Positions 37,017 through 47,044 of a stretch of DNA of 64,000 nt are shown in pieces (within the stretch, counting starts at the first letter, position 1; the number at the start of each line of letters is the position of its first letter). The stretch covers positions 5,434,346 through 5,498,345 of the forward strand of contig OZ244804.1 of assembly GCA_965220065.1 (NCBI GenBank). Reading direction: 5' to 3'. The position numbers were made by a program, and so were the translations under genes. The DNA comes from Candidatus Poribacteria bacterium (GTDB taxonomy: Bacteria; Poribacteria; WGA-4E; WGA-3G). Under the pieces are notes generated by a model. The model did no database searches. It worked only from the letters and a program-made list of their open reading frames with translations, and was not told the DNA's origin.

Positions 37017-38855
37017 ATGCGTCATTTGCGATTTGTGTTAATAGCGATTGCTTGTATCGGCATGTCGCGTGGTGTTGTTTTTGCACAGGACGATGCGCTG
37101 GAGGGTGGGACAGTCCGTGGACTGATTACCGACTTAACGCCAGCGCAGAACCCAATTGAGGGCGTTGAGGTCAAGATTGTTGCCCAAGACAGCGGAAAGG
37201 CATGGACAACAAAAACGGATGCTGACGGCGAGTACAAACACGCTGGGCTTCCCCCCGGGCACTACATGATTAGCATATCTAAAGAGGGGTACAATGAGCG
37301 GGTTGGAAAACCTGTTACTGTCGTTGATGGCGGCGACCACTTTATCTCCCTCAAAATGACGGAGAAGGGCGATATCGAACCCCGCAAAAAAAGGCTGGAC
37401 GTTCTTGTCAAACAACGAGCTGGTGTCGTCAAACAACGAATTATGTCTCTGCTCGAACGTGTCGTCGAAAATGTTGGTAAGCGTTACGATTTGGACGAGG
37501 GAGTTGTCAATGCCCTTCATCAGTCAATTCTTAATTCAATTGAGGGTACGTTGGAACAGGGTGGAGATCTGGGGGGCTTCGCAAAGTCGATGGAGGAAGG
37601 AAACGTGCCGTTGCTTGAAACGATATTATCGCATCCCGGCTGTCAAGCAGAGTTCCAGAAACACTTGAGCGAGACGCAGCTTCAGGATTATTTGGAATTT
37701 ACGGCGGCACGACAACAACGAGATCGACAGGCGGTCGTTCATTGGATCACTGTCGCACTCGATAAGGAACTCAGTTTGAGAGCAGATCAACGCGAAAAGG
37801 TTGTGCAGTCGCTACTTGACACAATAGAGAACAAACTCTTTCCGACTTCAATGGGTGCCTTGTGGTTCAGTCCAGAACAGGCGGCGCAGCTGATGCACTA
37901 CAGGTTGAAACTCTCGCTGGATGGCGTTTTGAGTGAGGCACAGTCCAAAGTCTGGCAGGGATTGGTTAACGCGAATACAAACACAGAACAAGTCTTTGTC
38001 GTCGTACCCGAAGCCCACATTAAGGAAGTAATCAAGGTTGAGAAGATAGATGGGGAAGACGTTGCCGCCCTGAACAAGAGGTTTGGGTTTATCCCCAATG
38101 AACCAGACGAGCATCTTGGGATAGAGAAAGAATTTAAAATAGCGATCGATGATATAATGATTGACCAGCCAAGGAAGCAACCTTGGATTGAAATTAACGC
38201 CGATACAGCGGAATCTCCAGAGCAAATGATGGAGATCGCTGAAGCCAAACTTGCGGCGCATACCGAGTTGTTAGGTGCTCTTGATGAACGTGCGACTCGA
38301 CGCTTGGTACTCGTTGCCAAAGGTGTGGTGCAACAGTACTTTGAAGCCCAAGACGAAGCTCGCGAAGCGATATCCCGGGAGGTCGAAGCGGATCTCACGA
38401 AGAAAGTTGAAGATGGCAAAATGACTCGTGAAGAGGCAGCAGCGATGCTCAAATTTACGGTGAGAAATGCGATGGATGAATTATCTAAAGATGGAGGGTC
38501 AAAGGCTGACATTACAGAACATCCGCTGTATCAACAGGCAATTAAGGATGTGCTTTCTGAAGAGGCATTTGCGGCGTATAGTGAACATCAAGCTGAAAGA
38601 GAGGCTTTACGTCAACAGGCATTGCGTGATATAGTGGTGGCGTGTATGGATATGCAACTGCTTTTAGGGAACACACAGCGGAAGCAATTGGAAACGGCAG
38701 CATCGCAGTTGGTTCCCGGTCCGCTTAAGGAAGGAAGTTCTTCTATCTCAATGTTTTTTCAACTTTTTCCACAGACGGTAGATTTTGAAGTCCTGACCCC
38801 ACGGCAGCGGACGGAGTTTGAACGTGTGTTCGGTCCGATTGCGTGGAGGAGGTAA
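37017..38855 (+). CDS. Secreted protein with carboxypeptidase-regulatory-like (transthyretin-fold) domain and duplicated helical region
   Basis: Signal peptide; GTVRGLITD...PIEGVEV...TKTDADGEY...LPPGHY.ISISKEGY; two similar helical segments. Confidence 0.7.
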   Translation: MRHLRFVLIAIACIGMSRGVVFAQDDALEGGTVRGLITDLTPAQNPIEGVEVKIVAQDSGKAWTTKTDADGEYKHAGLPPGHYMISISKEGYNERVGKPVTVVDGGDHFISLKMTEKGDIEPRKKRLDVLVKQRAGVVKQRIMSLLERVVENVGKRYDLDEGVVNALHQSILNSIEGTLEQGGDLGGFAKSMEEGNVPLLETILSHPGCQAEFQKHLSETQLQDYLEFTAARQQRDRQAVVHWITVALDKELSLRADQREKVVQSLLDTIENKLFPTSMGALWFSPEQAAQLMHYRLKLSLDGVLSEAQSKVWQGLVNANTNTEQVFVVVPEAHIKEVIKVEKIDGEDVAALNKRFGFIPNEPDEHLGIEKEFKIAIDDIMIDQPRKQPWIEINADTAESPEQMMEIAEAKLAAHTELLGALDERATRRLVLVAKGVVQQYFEAQDEAREAISREVEADLTKKVEDGKMTREEAAAMLKFTVRNAMDELSKDGGSKADITEHPLYQQAIKDVLSEEAFAAYSEHQAEREALRQQALRDIVVACMDMQLLLGNTQRKQLETAASQLVPGPLKEGSSSISMFFQLFPQTVDFEVLTPRQRTEFERVFGPIAWRR

Positions 38856-38860
38856 TCCTA

Positions 38861-39985
38861 ATGAAGGTTTCAAAGTCTGTGAAGTGTGCTAAAGTCCATA
38901 AGGTTGCCAACAACTTTCGATACACTCGCGAACTTTTTTATTTTATTTTTCTGGTGCTGCTGGTCATATTTTCAACCGGGTCGGCAAATGCACAGAATGT
39001 TGCCCTCCGTTATGGTACAGGTGTACCTGCGGCAGTTCGGATCATCAATGATCGCGGTTTACGCTATCTCGCGAACTCCCAAATGGAGAACGGGGGATGG
39101 TCAGGCGCGGGGAGCGGACCCGGCGTAACAGGGATTTGTGTCATGGCACTGATGGCAAGTGGCGAAGACCCAGATTTCGGTCCTTATGCCACGAACATCC
39201 GTAAAGCCTTGCAGAACATCATCTCCAATCAGGATGCGAGAACGGGATACATCGGCGGAACGTGGAGCGGACACGGATCCATGTACCAGCACGGTTTTGC
39301 CTTGTTGGCACTGTCCGAAGCGTATGGCGCAGTCAACGAGCGACTGCTCTGGGAAGGGAGCGACATTCCGCCTGAACGGCGGCGCACCCTTAGTGAGGCG
39401 TTGGAATTGGCGGTGCGCTCTTCGTTAACTTCACAGCAAAAGAATCCATGGGGTGCTTGGCGTTACTCCCCGGATTCCCAAGATGCCGACACAACTGTGG
39501 CTGGAACCGTGTTGATGGGCATACTCGGTGCTCGAAACGCTGGCATCGAGATCCCCAACGAAGCCGTTGACAAGGCTGTGAGTTTTTTTCAGACGCACAC
39601 AATGCAAAACGGGAGTGTAACATATCAGATGACGAGCAGTCACGGTGGCGGACTCACTCGTTCAGCAATAGGTGTCCTGATTTATGCGATTGCGAAAAGA
39701 AAAGATACCCCTGAATACAAAGCCGCTTCTGAGTTCATCAAGCGTCGAATAGACCATCGTGGCAGTGGGCATCTGTTCTATAATCTCTACTATATGGCGC
39801 AAGCACTGTTTCAAAGTGACTTTGAGGCGTGGAAGGCTTGGAATCAGAGAACCATCGAGTGGCTCCAAGAAACGCAGGCAGAAGATGGCAGTTTCTCGAG
39901 TTCCCATGGCAGAGCCTACGGCACGGGTATGGCTATCCTTGCTTTGGCATTGAACTATCGCCTCTTACCCATTTATGAAAGGTGA
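38861..39985 (+). CDS. Prenyltransferase/squalene oxidase repeat (alpha/alpha-barrel) protein
   Basis: GL.YLA.SQ..NGGW, MY.HGFALLAL.E, GAWRYSP...DADTT, AQALFQ, Q.EDGSF; GGAGG RBS before ATG 38861. Confidence 0.85.
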   Translation: MKVSKSVKCAKVHKVANNFRYTRELFYFIFLVLLVIFSTGSANAQNVALRYGTGVPAAVRIINDRGLRYLANSQMENGGWSGAGSGPGVTGICVMALMASGEDPDFGPYATNIRKALQNIISNQDARTGYIGGTWSGHGSMYQHGFALLALSEAYGAVNERLLWEGSDIPPERRRTLSEALELAVRSSLTSQQKNPWGAWRYSPDSQDADTTVAGTVLMGILGARNAGIEIPNEAVDKAVSFFQTHTMQNGSVTYQMTSSHGGGLTRSAIGVLIYAIAKRKDTPEYKAASEFIKRRIDHRGSGHLFYNLYYMAQALFQSDFEAWKAWNQRTIEWLQETQAEDGSFSSSHGRAYGTGMAILALALNYRLLPIYER

Positions 39986-39988
39986 ATA

Positions 39989-40130
39989 GTCGTCAGTACA
40001 GTTTTTCTAAGAAAAACCTTTCAGTTCTCAGTTAAGATTTTCTGGCGGTAACGATACATGGAACTGCCACAAGCCTCTCTTTAACTGAAAACTGTTAACT
40101 GAAAGCCTGCGCAGCAGGCGTACTGACAAC
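39989..40130. repeat. Heptamer-armed palindrome plus hairpin, fused to the downstream RBS
   Basis: TCAGTTCTCAGTTAAGA...CTCTTTAACTGAAAACTGTTAACTGAAAGCCTGCGCAGCAGGCGTACTGACAAC-TAAAAAAGGAG-ATG 40146. Confidence 0.7.
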
Positions 40131-40145
40131 TAAAAAAGGAGAGAT

Positions 40146-42659
40146 ATGATGCAATGGAATCTAAAAAGCCTGCTTGTTGTGGTTACCGCGGCGTTGGTGG
40201 TATCATGGACTCCAATAATACAAGCTCAGCAAATCGAAATCTGGCAATCCGATATGCAAACATTGCGTTGGAAAAATGGCGATGTCCTTCCCGGTAAGTT
40301 GTTGGAAAGTGCTTCTGGCGTGATCCACTGGTCATCACCGTACTTTTCGGATGATCTGGTTGTTGATATTGGTGTATTGGATTCGGTTGTTTTCCCAAAG
40401 CAGTCCGCACCAGCAATGGAGGCTTTTCGCGTCGGCACCGTATCCGGGGATATCTGGATCGCTGACATAGATGATTCGGATGAGGAGACCTTTCTCTTCT
40501 CCAGTGAGCGACACGGTCGGTTTCGAGTGAACCGTGAAGCGATCTATACTCTTGAACGTCGGGTGCACCCGAATCTTATTTTCGACGGTTCCCAACTGAC
40601 GAATTGGGAATTACCCAAACAGGATGCGAACCAGCCCATATTGCTGTTTGGTGGGAATGCGTTACCGGATTGGTATGCGGATCGTGGTGGGCATCCACGG
40701 ACAGATAAAGTCAAGGCGAAAATTTTTCACGCCCTTGACTGGCCCCAACGTTTTGAGATTGACTTGGAGTTAGCATCTGCGACGCGTCCGCCGGGCTTTG
40801 TTTTCGCACTTGGCAAAAATTTATATGAGGCATTGCGGCTGGAAACTTGGGTTAACGAACTCGTCGTCGTTCAAGGCACACTGTTCGAACCAGTATTGAC
40901 AATCCAGCCGGATCGGCGAAACTTCCGCTTACGTCTTGCTTATGATGGGGACACCGGTGTACTGGAGGTGTTTGATTTTGCGGGCAACTTACTGCTGAAA
41001 TTGGACGAGGTCGGGCAGACAGTTAAGGAATCCGGTCCCTATGTCTACAATCGAGGCCAAAATTTGACGGTGCGGCGGTTAAGGGTTTATCGGCAGCCTA
41101 TTGGTTCCACAAAGCAACAAATGGATCCTTCCAAGCCGCGAGTTCACATGATGAATGGGCAAGTCGTTTATGGGAAGTTGTTTGTCGAGAAAGAAAGTAC
41201 TTATGTCCTTGATGAAGATGGGAATCGGTATGACATCGACATCCAACAAATTGACCGTGTTGTTCAGCCTGGTGCGGCATTCGTCGAAATGGAACAACCC
41301 GTTGCCTTGACCTATCCCGACGGTGCGGTCTTGCGGGGCAAGATTGCACAGGTGAACCCAGGAAGTGTATTGTTACAGACTGCGTTCTCAAATGAACCGA
41401 TAGAATGTGTGTTTGCAGGTGCCTCACTGCTTCGTGTGGAATTAAGTGGTCCCAAGAATCACGGACAGATTGAAGACGAGGATAGATTATTTCACCCGTC
41501 GGGGAATCTCCGTGGCCGCGTTCACTTTGACGTGAAGGACGGATCGTTCATTCGTTGGAAACCTGTCGGTGCGTCGGAAGCTGTGCGACTGGCAAATATC
41601 CGGAGAGCCCACATAGAACGCAACAACAGACGCGCATCGAAGATGTATCCCTTTGACACGTCGCGGTTCCGTCATATATTGCATCTGAAGAGCGGAGAGA
41701 TCATTCCATGTCAAATTTCATCATACGATGAAAAGACCGTCGGTTTCCAGTCACCTTTTATCAGCGCGCACCTTATGGATTCGACATACGTGAAAGCACT
41801 GGAGTTCTCTGGTAGAACACATGCGAACTATATTGATACGGTGCATTCGACCAACAGCAAACGTTCCTATATCAATCTTGGAGAAGGAAATCGAAACCAT
41901 AGGATCGTAATCCGCAATGTAGAATGGGAAGGACAGGAGAAACTCGAGGGATTTTTTGGAGAGGGTGGCGAGATAGATGTGAGAGAAGGCGAGATCAGAT
42001 TAATGATAGATGGCAAGGAAATCAAGGTACATCCTGACCAGAATTTAGACGAAGTTATCTTCGATGTATTTCATGATGGCGCACCTAAAAACCGCAAGTT
42101 AGATGTAAAATTGGAGCATGCGTTAACCGTCCCGCGTTTCAATCGGGACACCCCACCGAGCCATATTCTCGTAGCAGAGAACGGGGATATGAAACGAGGC
42201 AAGCTACTGGGCTTCAATGGAGAAACGATCCAGTTTGATTCTAAACTACGCCAGTTTTCTGTTCCTATAGACCGTGTGGCACGGGTGGTCGATGTGAGCA
42301 AAGAAGTCGTCAGCGATCAGCAAAGAAGTCGTCAGTTAACAGTTAACAGTCGTCAGTTAAAAGATAGAGTTGTTAAACCAGAGCCCTCTTTCTCTTTAAC
42401 TGATAATCGACGACTGACAACTGACAACCACTCTGAGGTCTGTGTCAGATTAACGGATAGTTCTATTCTGATTTTTGAACCGCTTGAGATCAAAGATGAT
42501 GCGTTATTGGGACGTTCGCCGATCTACGGAGAAATAACGGTTCCGATCGCAAGTATCCAGCATCTCTATCTCGGAGACACGACAGCGTCGTTTGCACCTG
42601 CCTTTGAAGCATGGGTGATCCGACCGGCGAAAGAGCCGGTGTTCAGCAACGAGCCGTAA
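40146..42659 (+). CDS. Secreted hypothetical protein with about six beta-rich L-x-x-x-NG-D-x-x-x-G-x-L modules
   Basis: Signal peptide; LRWKNGDVLPGKLL, VHMMNGQVVYGKLF, LTYPDGAVLRGKIA, LHLKSGEIIPCQIS, LVAENGDMKRGKLL, VRLTDSSILIFEPL. Confidence 0.75.
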   Translation: MMQWNLKSLLVVVTAALVVSWTPIIQAQQIEIWQSDMQTLRWKNGDVLPGKLLESASGVIHWSSPYFSDDLVVDIGVLDSVVFPKQSAPAMEAFRVGTVSGDIWIADIDDSDEETFLFSSERHGRFRVNREAIYTLERRVHPNLIFDGSQLTNWELPKQDANQPILLFGGNALPDWYADRGGHPRTDKVKAKIFHALDWPQRFEIDLELASATRPPGFVFALGKNLYEALRLETWVNELVVVQGTLFEPVLTIQPDRRNFRLRLAYDGDTGVLEVFDFAGNLLLKLDEVGQTVKESGPYVYNRGQNLTVRRLRVYRQPIGSTKQQMDPSKPRVHMMNGQVVYGKLFVEKESTYVLDEDGNRYDIDIQQIDRVVQPGAAFVEMEQPVALTYPDGAVLRGKIAQVNPGSVLLQTAFSNEPIECVFAGASLLRVELSGPKNHGQIEDEDRLFHPSGNLRGRVHFDVKDGSFIRWKPVGASEAVRLANIRRAHIERNNRRASKMYPFDTSRFRHILHLKSGEIIPCQISSYDEKTVGFQSPFISAHLMDSTYVKALEFSGRTHANYIDTVHSTNSKRSYINLGEGNRNHRIVIRNVEWEGQEKLEGFFGEGGEIDVREGEIRLMIDGKEIKVHPDQNLDEVIFDVFHDGAPKNRKLDVKLEHALTVPRFNRDTPPSHILVAENGDMKRGKLLGFNGETIQFDSKLRQFSVPIDRVARVVDVSKEVVSDQQRSRQLTVNSRQLKDRVVKPEPSFSLTDNRRLTTDNHSEVCVRLTDSSILIFEPLEIKDDALLGRSPIYGEITVPIASIQHLYLGDTTASFAPAFEAWVIRPAKEPVFSNEP

Positions 42660-42773
42660 TCCATTACGAGAATGCCAAAAAACATAGCCTGCGACACCGG
42701 CGCAGGCGGATCTACGTAAAGGCACTTTAAAACCTCAATTTCACCTGACCAAACCGCAAGGAATAATTAAAAA

Positions 42774-44687
42774 ATGAGCGTGAGAGCGATTCTGATCGGT
42801 TTGGCACTCGTCATTATCCAGACAGCAATTACCCCCTATAACGACTACTATCTCCAAGGAACAGATATCGCCGGAAATCATTTTCCTTTGGGGACAGTGT
42901 TCACACTGATTTTTCTCACCCTGGTCGTCAATCCCATTCTGAAGAAAGTATTTCCCCGAGCGGTGCTAAATCCAGGGGAATTGATGATAGTCTGGGTTAT
43001 GATGGTCATCAGTTCAGCGATCCCATCGAAGGGAATGGTCGGGTATTTACTTCCTTATCTGGCGGCACCCGTCTATTTCGCTACACCTGAGAATGAGTGG
43101 GCAGAAACGCTTCATCCGCACTTCCCTGAATGGTTAATTGTGTGGGATGAGCATGCCGTCACCGATTTCTATGAAGGAGAATCAATTGTCCCTTGGGGAC
43201 TCTGGGCAAAGCCGCTCGTTGTTTGGACAGTTTTTATCTTATTGTTCTATGCGCTGACGATCTGTGTATCGATTGTGTTAAGGAAACAGTGGGTTGAGCG
43301 CGAAAGGTTCATCTTCCCGCTGGTTACTGTGCCTGTGGAGATGGTTCAGCAAACCTCAATGCACGCGGGTCTGAACAGTTTGTTCAGGAATCGGCTCGTG
43401 TGGGTCGGTTTTGGAATCGCTGCCTTTTTTCATCTACTCAACGGACTGCACGAGTATTTCCCTGCCCTTCCGCGCATTCCGAATCGGTATGATTTGTACA
43501 CCCCATTCACGGAGCGTCCATGGATTGTGATGGGCTGGTGGCCCCAATTTCGGTTCTTTCTTTATTTTTCGGTTATCGGTATAACCTACTTTCTCGCCAT
43601 GGAGGTGTCTTTCAGTTGCTGGTTTTTCTTCCTATTCTTCAAGTTACAGTACATCATCATCAACGCCTTCGCGATCCCTATCAGCCCATGGATCTCTGCC
43701 AGAGGACAGACAATGGCGGCATACGTGGTTATGGTGCTTGCCTTTCTACTTAACAGTCGAACCCATATCACAGATCTCCTGAAACGAACGTTTCTGGAGT
43801 CTTCTGCTTCCACAACGATCGACGATTCTGATGAAGTATTGCCGTATAGATGGGCAGTTCTGGGAACAGTGTTTAGTTTTCTGTTGCTTGCGGGTCTCTG
43901 CGTCTACGCGGGGATGTCGCTTTGGGTTGCTTGTAGCATTCTTGTGCTGTTCCTGATTGCTTCTACGGCATTATCGTGGATGGTTGTCAACGGAGGAATG
44001 CTACTGATCCAAGCACCGATGTATCCCGTAGAATACTTTGAAATTATTGCGGGTTCGAGAATCATTAACGCAAACAGTTTGGCACTCTTAGGGTTCCAGC
44101 GGGTAATGATGCGCGACTGGGGCGGCATTTTGATGCCGAGCGTTCTGCACGGATTTAAAGCGGCGGATCCGGTCGGACTAAATCGAAGAAGCGTCCTCGG
44201 CGCAATGGTGCTGGCTATTGTTGTTGCTATCGGTGTTTCCTATGCGGCATCGTTGCCTTTGATTTATGAAAAAGGTGGCTTAAATCTGCAGAGGGGTCCC
44301 TTCGTCGGATCACCGAGATATTTTAATCATATGGTTTCACTGATTCAGTATCCGAAAGACCCGAAATTAGGAGAGGCGTACAGTATGCTTTTGGGAGCTG
44401 GAATCACTGGCTTTCTACTGATTATGCAGCGTCAATTTATGTGGTGGCAACTTCACCCGATTGGATATGTGATGGGTGCGGTTTATTCCTCCTATTTCCT
44501 CTGGTCTTGTATATGTATTGGCTGGTTTTTGAAGTATCTGGCACTGAAATCAGGTGGGATTGGATCCTATCGAAGACTTCGACCATTGTTTATGGGGTTG
44601 GTTATCGGTGAGTTTGGTATTGTGGGGTTTTGGATGATCATCGGGATGGTTACAGGCGTGAATTACCAAGGTGCCTTACCCGGATAA
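42774..44687 (+). CDS. DUF6785/DUF6784-type polytopic membrane protein
   Basis: [43 protein letters not shown]...YR..RP.F.GLV.GE; clear paralogue of 61100-63031. Confidence 0.75.
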   Translation: MSVRAILIGLALVIIQTAITPYNDYYLQGTDIAGNHFPLGTVFTLIFLTLVVNPILKKVFPRAVLNPGELMIVWVMMVISSAIPSKGMVGYLLPYLAAPVYFATPENEWAETLHPHFPEWLIVWDEHAVTDFYEGESIVPWGLWAKPLVVWTVFILLFYALTICVSIVLRKQWVERERFIFPLVTVPVEMVQQTSMHAGLNSLFRNRLVWVGFGIAAFFHLLNGLHEYFPALPRIPNRYDLYTPFTERPWIVMGWWPQFRFFLYFSVIGITYFLAMEVSFSCWFFFLFFKLQYIIINAFAIPISPWISARGQTMAAYVVMVLAFLLNSRTHITDLLKRTFLESSASTTIDDSDEVLPYRWAVLGTVFSFLLLAGLCVYAGMSLWVACSILVLFLIASTALSWMVVNGGMLLIQAPMYPVEYFEIIAGSRIINANSLALLGFQRVMMRDWGGILMPSVLHGFKAADPVGLNRRSVLGAMVLAIVVAIGVSYAASLPLIYEKGGLNLQRGPFVGSPRYFNHMVSLIQYPKDPKLGEAYSMLLGAGITGFLLIMQRQFMWWQLHPIGYVMGAVYSSYFLWSCICIGWFLKYLALKSGGIGSYRRLRPLFMGLVIGEFGIVGFWMIIGMVTGVNYQGALPG

Positions 44688-44794
44688 TTTTTTCTACTTG
44701 TTTCTTGAGCGTCCGTGTACACACTCATACCCAACGCTCGTTAAAAAATACAAGGCACTCAAGGGTTTCCGTTCAGATTGCTAAGGAGGTAACC

Positions 44795-45769
44795 ATGAAG
44801 TTGACGTTTCCTAAAAGAATCACAAAGTTGCTCTGTTTACAGAAGTGTTTTTTAGCAGTAATGACAGGTCTTTTCATCGTATTGGCAGCTCAGATACCAG
44901 CGGCGGATATGAAGATCGCCTTTACTTCAAACCGAGATGGTAATTCTGAAATCTATGTGATGAATGCCAATGGAACAAACCCTGTCAGACTTACTGATAA
45001 CCCTGCAGCAGACAGCAGTCCCACTTGGTCTCCAGACGGTAAGCGCATCGCTTTTACCTCGAACCCAAAGGGCGTTTACGATATCTATGCAATAAATGCT
45101 GATGGGACAAACCGTATCAATCTTACGCGAAACTCGTCAGGCGACTTTGGTGCCGACTGGTCTCCGGACGGAACGCAAATCGTCTACGGCTCAAACATAG
45201 GGAACGAAGAGATCTATATCATGGACGCCGATGGTGCTAATCCGAGGAATCTCTCACGGCATGCAAAAGCAGATCGTCACCCAGATTGGTCTCCGGATGG
45301 AACAAAAATAGTGTTTACCTCAGACCGGGACGGTGATCGTGAAATCTATGTGGTAAAAGCCGGAGGGGGTAGACCGATTCAACTGACGAAAAACCTGGAG
45401 CCGTGGGACAGGGCTGCTGATTGGTCTCCAGATGGTAAGCGTATTGCCTTCACTTCAGGCAGAGATGGTGATTTTGAAATCTATGTGATGGATGCCGATG
45501 GTTCTAACACCATTCAATTGACTCACAACCTATTCGCATTAGATGATAACGCTGCCTGGTCTCCGGATGGGACAAAAATCGCTTTCAGTTCTGACCGAGA
45601 GGGTGAGTTCGACATCTATGTAATGGATGACGACGGTTCGAATCCTGTCAATCTCACTCATAATCAGCCTGGAAGGAATAGAGGTCCCGCTTGGCAGCCG
45701 ATCCCCTTAGCGGTTTCGCCACAAGAAAAGTTGGTGACGTTGTGGGGAAATCTCAAAAGCAAGCAGTAA
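44795..45769 (+). CDS. TolB-like PD40 beta-propeller protein with C-terminal TLWGNLK tag
   Basis: Five to six [17 protein letters not shown]...LT...WSPDG repeats; AAGGAGG RBS before ATG 44795; ends [20 protein letters not shown]. Confidence 0.92.
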   Translation: MKLTFPKRITKLLCLQKCFLAVMTGLFIVLAAQIPAADMKIAFTSNRDGNSEIYVMNANGTNPVRLTDNPAADSSPTWSPDGKRIAFTSNPKGVYDIYAINADGTNRINLTRNSSGDFGADWSPDGTQIVYGSNIGNEEIYIMDADGANPRNLSRHAKADRHPDWSPDGTKIVFTSDRDGDREIYVVKAGGGRPIQLTKNLEPWDRAADWSPDGKRIAFTSGRDGDFEIYVMDADGSNTIQLTHNLFALDDNAAWSPDGTKIAFSSDREGEFDIYVMDDDGSNPVNLTHNQPGRNRGPAWQPIPLAVSPQEKLVTLWGNLKSKQ

Positions 45770-45842
45770 CCTTATCGGGAATGAGATAGGGAAGCGCGTT
45801 AGCGAAAAGCGATGTATGCGCAAAATACACCCATACAGAAAT

Positions 45843-46976
45843 TTAGGCGATGCCAAAATGATCAGACCCGGGCATAAGATGTTCTCTGGCAACGTCGGCG
45901 TTGATCTCGACACCGAGTCCCGGCTGCTCTGGCACCACAAACGCGCTATCTTGCATAAGCGGTTCGTCGGAAATTGCGAGATCCCATCGCCATTCAACCT
46001 GATCAGCGTGATATGGGAGTTCCATAACGATGAAATTCCGCACAGCGGCACAGACATGCGCCGTTGCCGTCATCCCGATTGGTGATGTGATATTGTGTGC
46101 CGCAAATGGGATGTAATAGAGATCTGCCAGATCCGCAATCTTTTTCGCCTCAAGTATCCCGCCCGTTCCAGATACATCGACGTGAAGCATATCACAGGCT
46201 TGCGTCTGAATGAGTTCTCTGAAACCGTCCCGACGAAATAGGAATTCTCCGGTACAGATAGGAATAGAGGTCGCGGCAGTGACTTTTGCCATCGCTTCGA
46301 CGTTGTCATTCGGCACTGGGTCCTCCAAGAACATTATATCAAATGGCTCTAAGCGTTCGGCAAGTTTCATCGCTGAATGCGTGCTGAATAGGCTGTGACA
46401 GTCAATACTGATGTCGATCTCGTCCCCAGCCGCCTCTCGTGCGGCGGCGACCAACGATGTCATCTTCTGCAATTCCGCTGTACTGAGTTCCCGATTGACC
46501 GCATCCTGCTTGAGTTCGTTTGCAGAGTTGTCAATGTCGAATTTGATTGCTTGATAGCCGTCTGCAACGCCTTCTCTGGCGCGTTGCGCCCAACCCTCCG
46601 GGGTGTTACCTTTTCCATGTCCGACATCGGCATAGAGCCGGATACGATCCCGATACTTTCCACCTAACAGTCGATAGACAGGTACGCCGAGGCTCTTTCC
46701 AAGCAGATCCCACAGTGCGGTCTCTATCCCACCGATAGCCGATAAACCCATTGCGTATCGGTTGCTAGCGGCACCAATCATTCGGTGGTAGAGAGGTTCT
46801 ATATTTCTTGGGTCCGCACCGACGAGTGTATTCTTATATTGCAGGACAATTTCAGCGATTCCCGCGCCAGGATGCGCCTCGCCTATCCCTGTCAATCCGT
46901 CATCGGTTTCGATCTGGACGTAGTTCCACTGTTTGTACCCCTTGAGTGTCATCGCTTTTACATCGGTAATTTTCAT
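45843..46976 (-). CDS. Mandelate racemase/galactonate-dehydratase-like enolase superfamily enzyme
   Basis: ETDDGLTGIGE, IETALWDLLGK, AIKFD, IDCH, FLEDP, TGE, AHN, PGLGVE. Confidence 0.9.
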   Translation of the reverse strand: MKITDVKAMTLKGYKQWNYVQIETDDGLTGIGEAHPGAGIAEIVLQYKNTLVGADPRNIEPLYHRMIGAASNRYAMGLSAIGGIETALWDLLGKSLGVPVYRLLGGKYRDRIRLYADVGHGKGNTPEGWAQRAREGVADGYQAIKFDIDNSANELKQDAVNRELSTAELQKMTSLVAAAREAAGDEIDISIDCHSLFSTHSAMKLAERLEPFDIMFLEDPVPNDNVEAMAKVTAATSIPICTGEFLFRRDGFRELIQTQACDMLHVDVSGTGGILEAKKIADLADLYYIPFAAHNITSPIGMTATAHVCAAVRNFIVMELPYHADQVEWRWDLAISDEPLMQDSAFVVPEQPGLGVEINADVAREHLMPGSDHFGIA

Positions 46977-47044
46977 GTATGTTCCTTTCGTGTATGAGAT
47001 CGGTTAAAAGGTCAATAGGTGTTGCAATCCGAAGAAATTTGATA

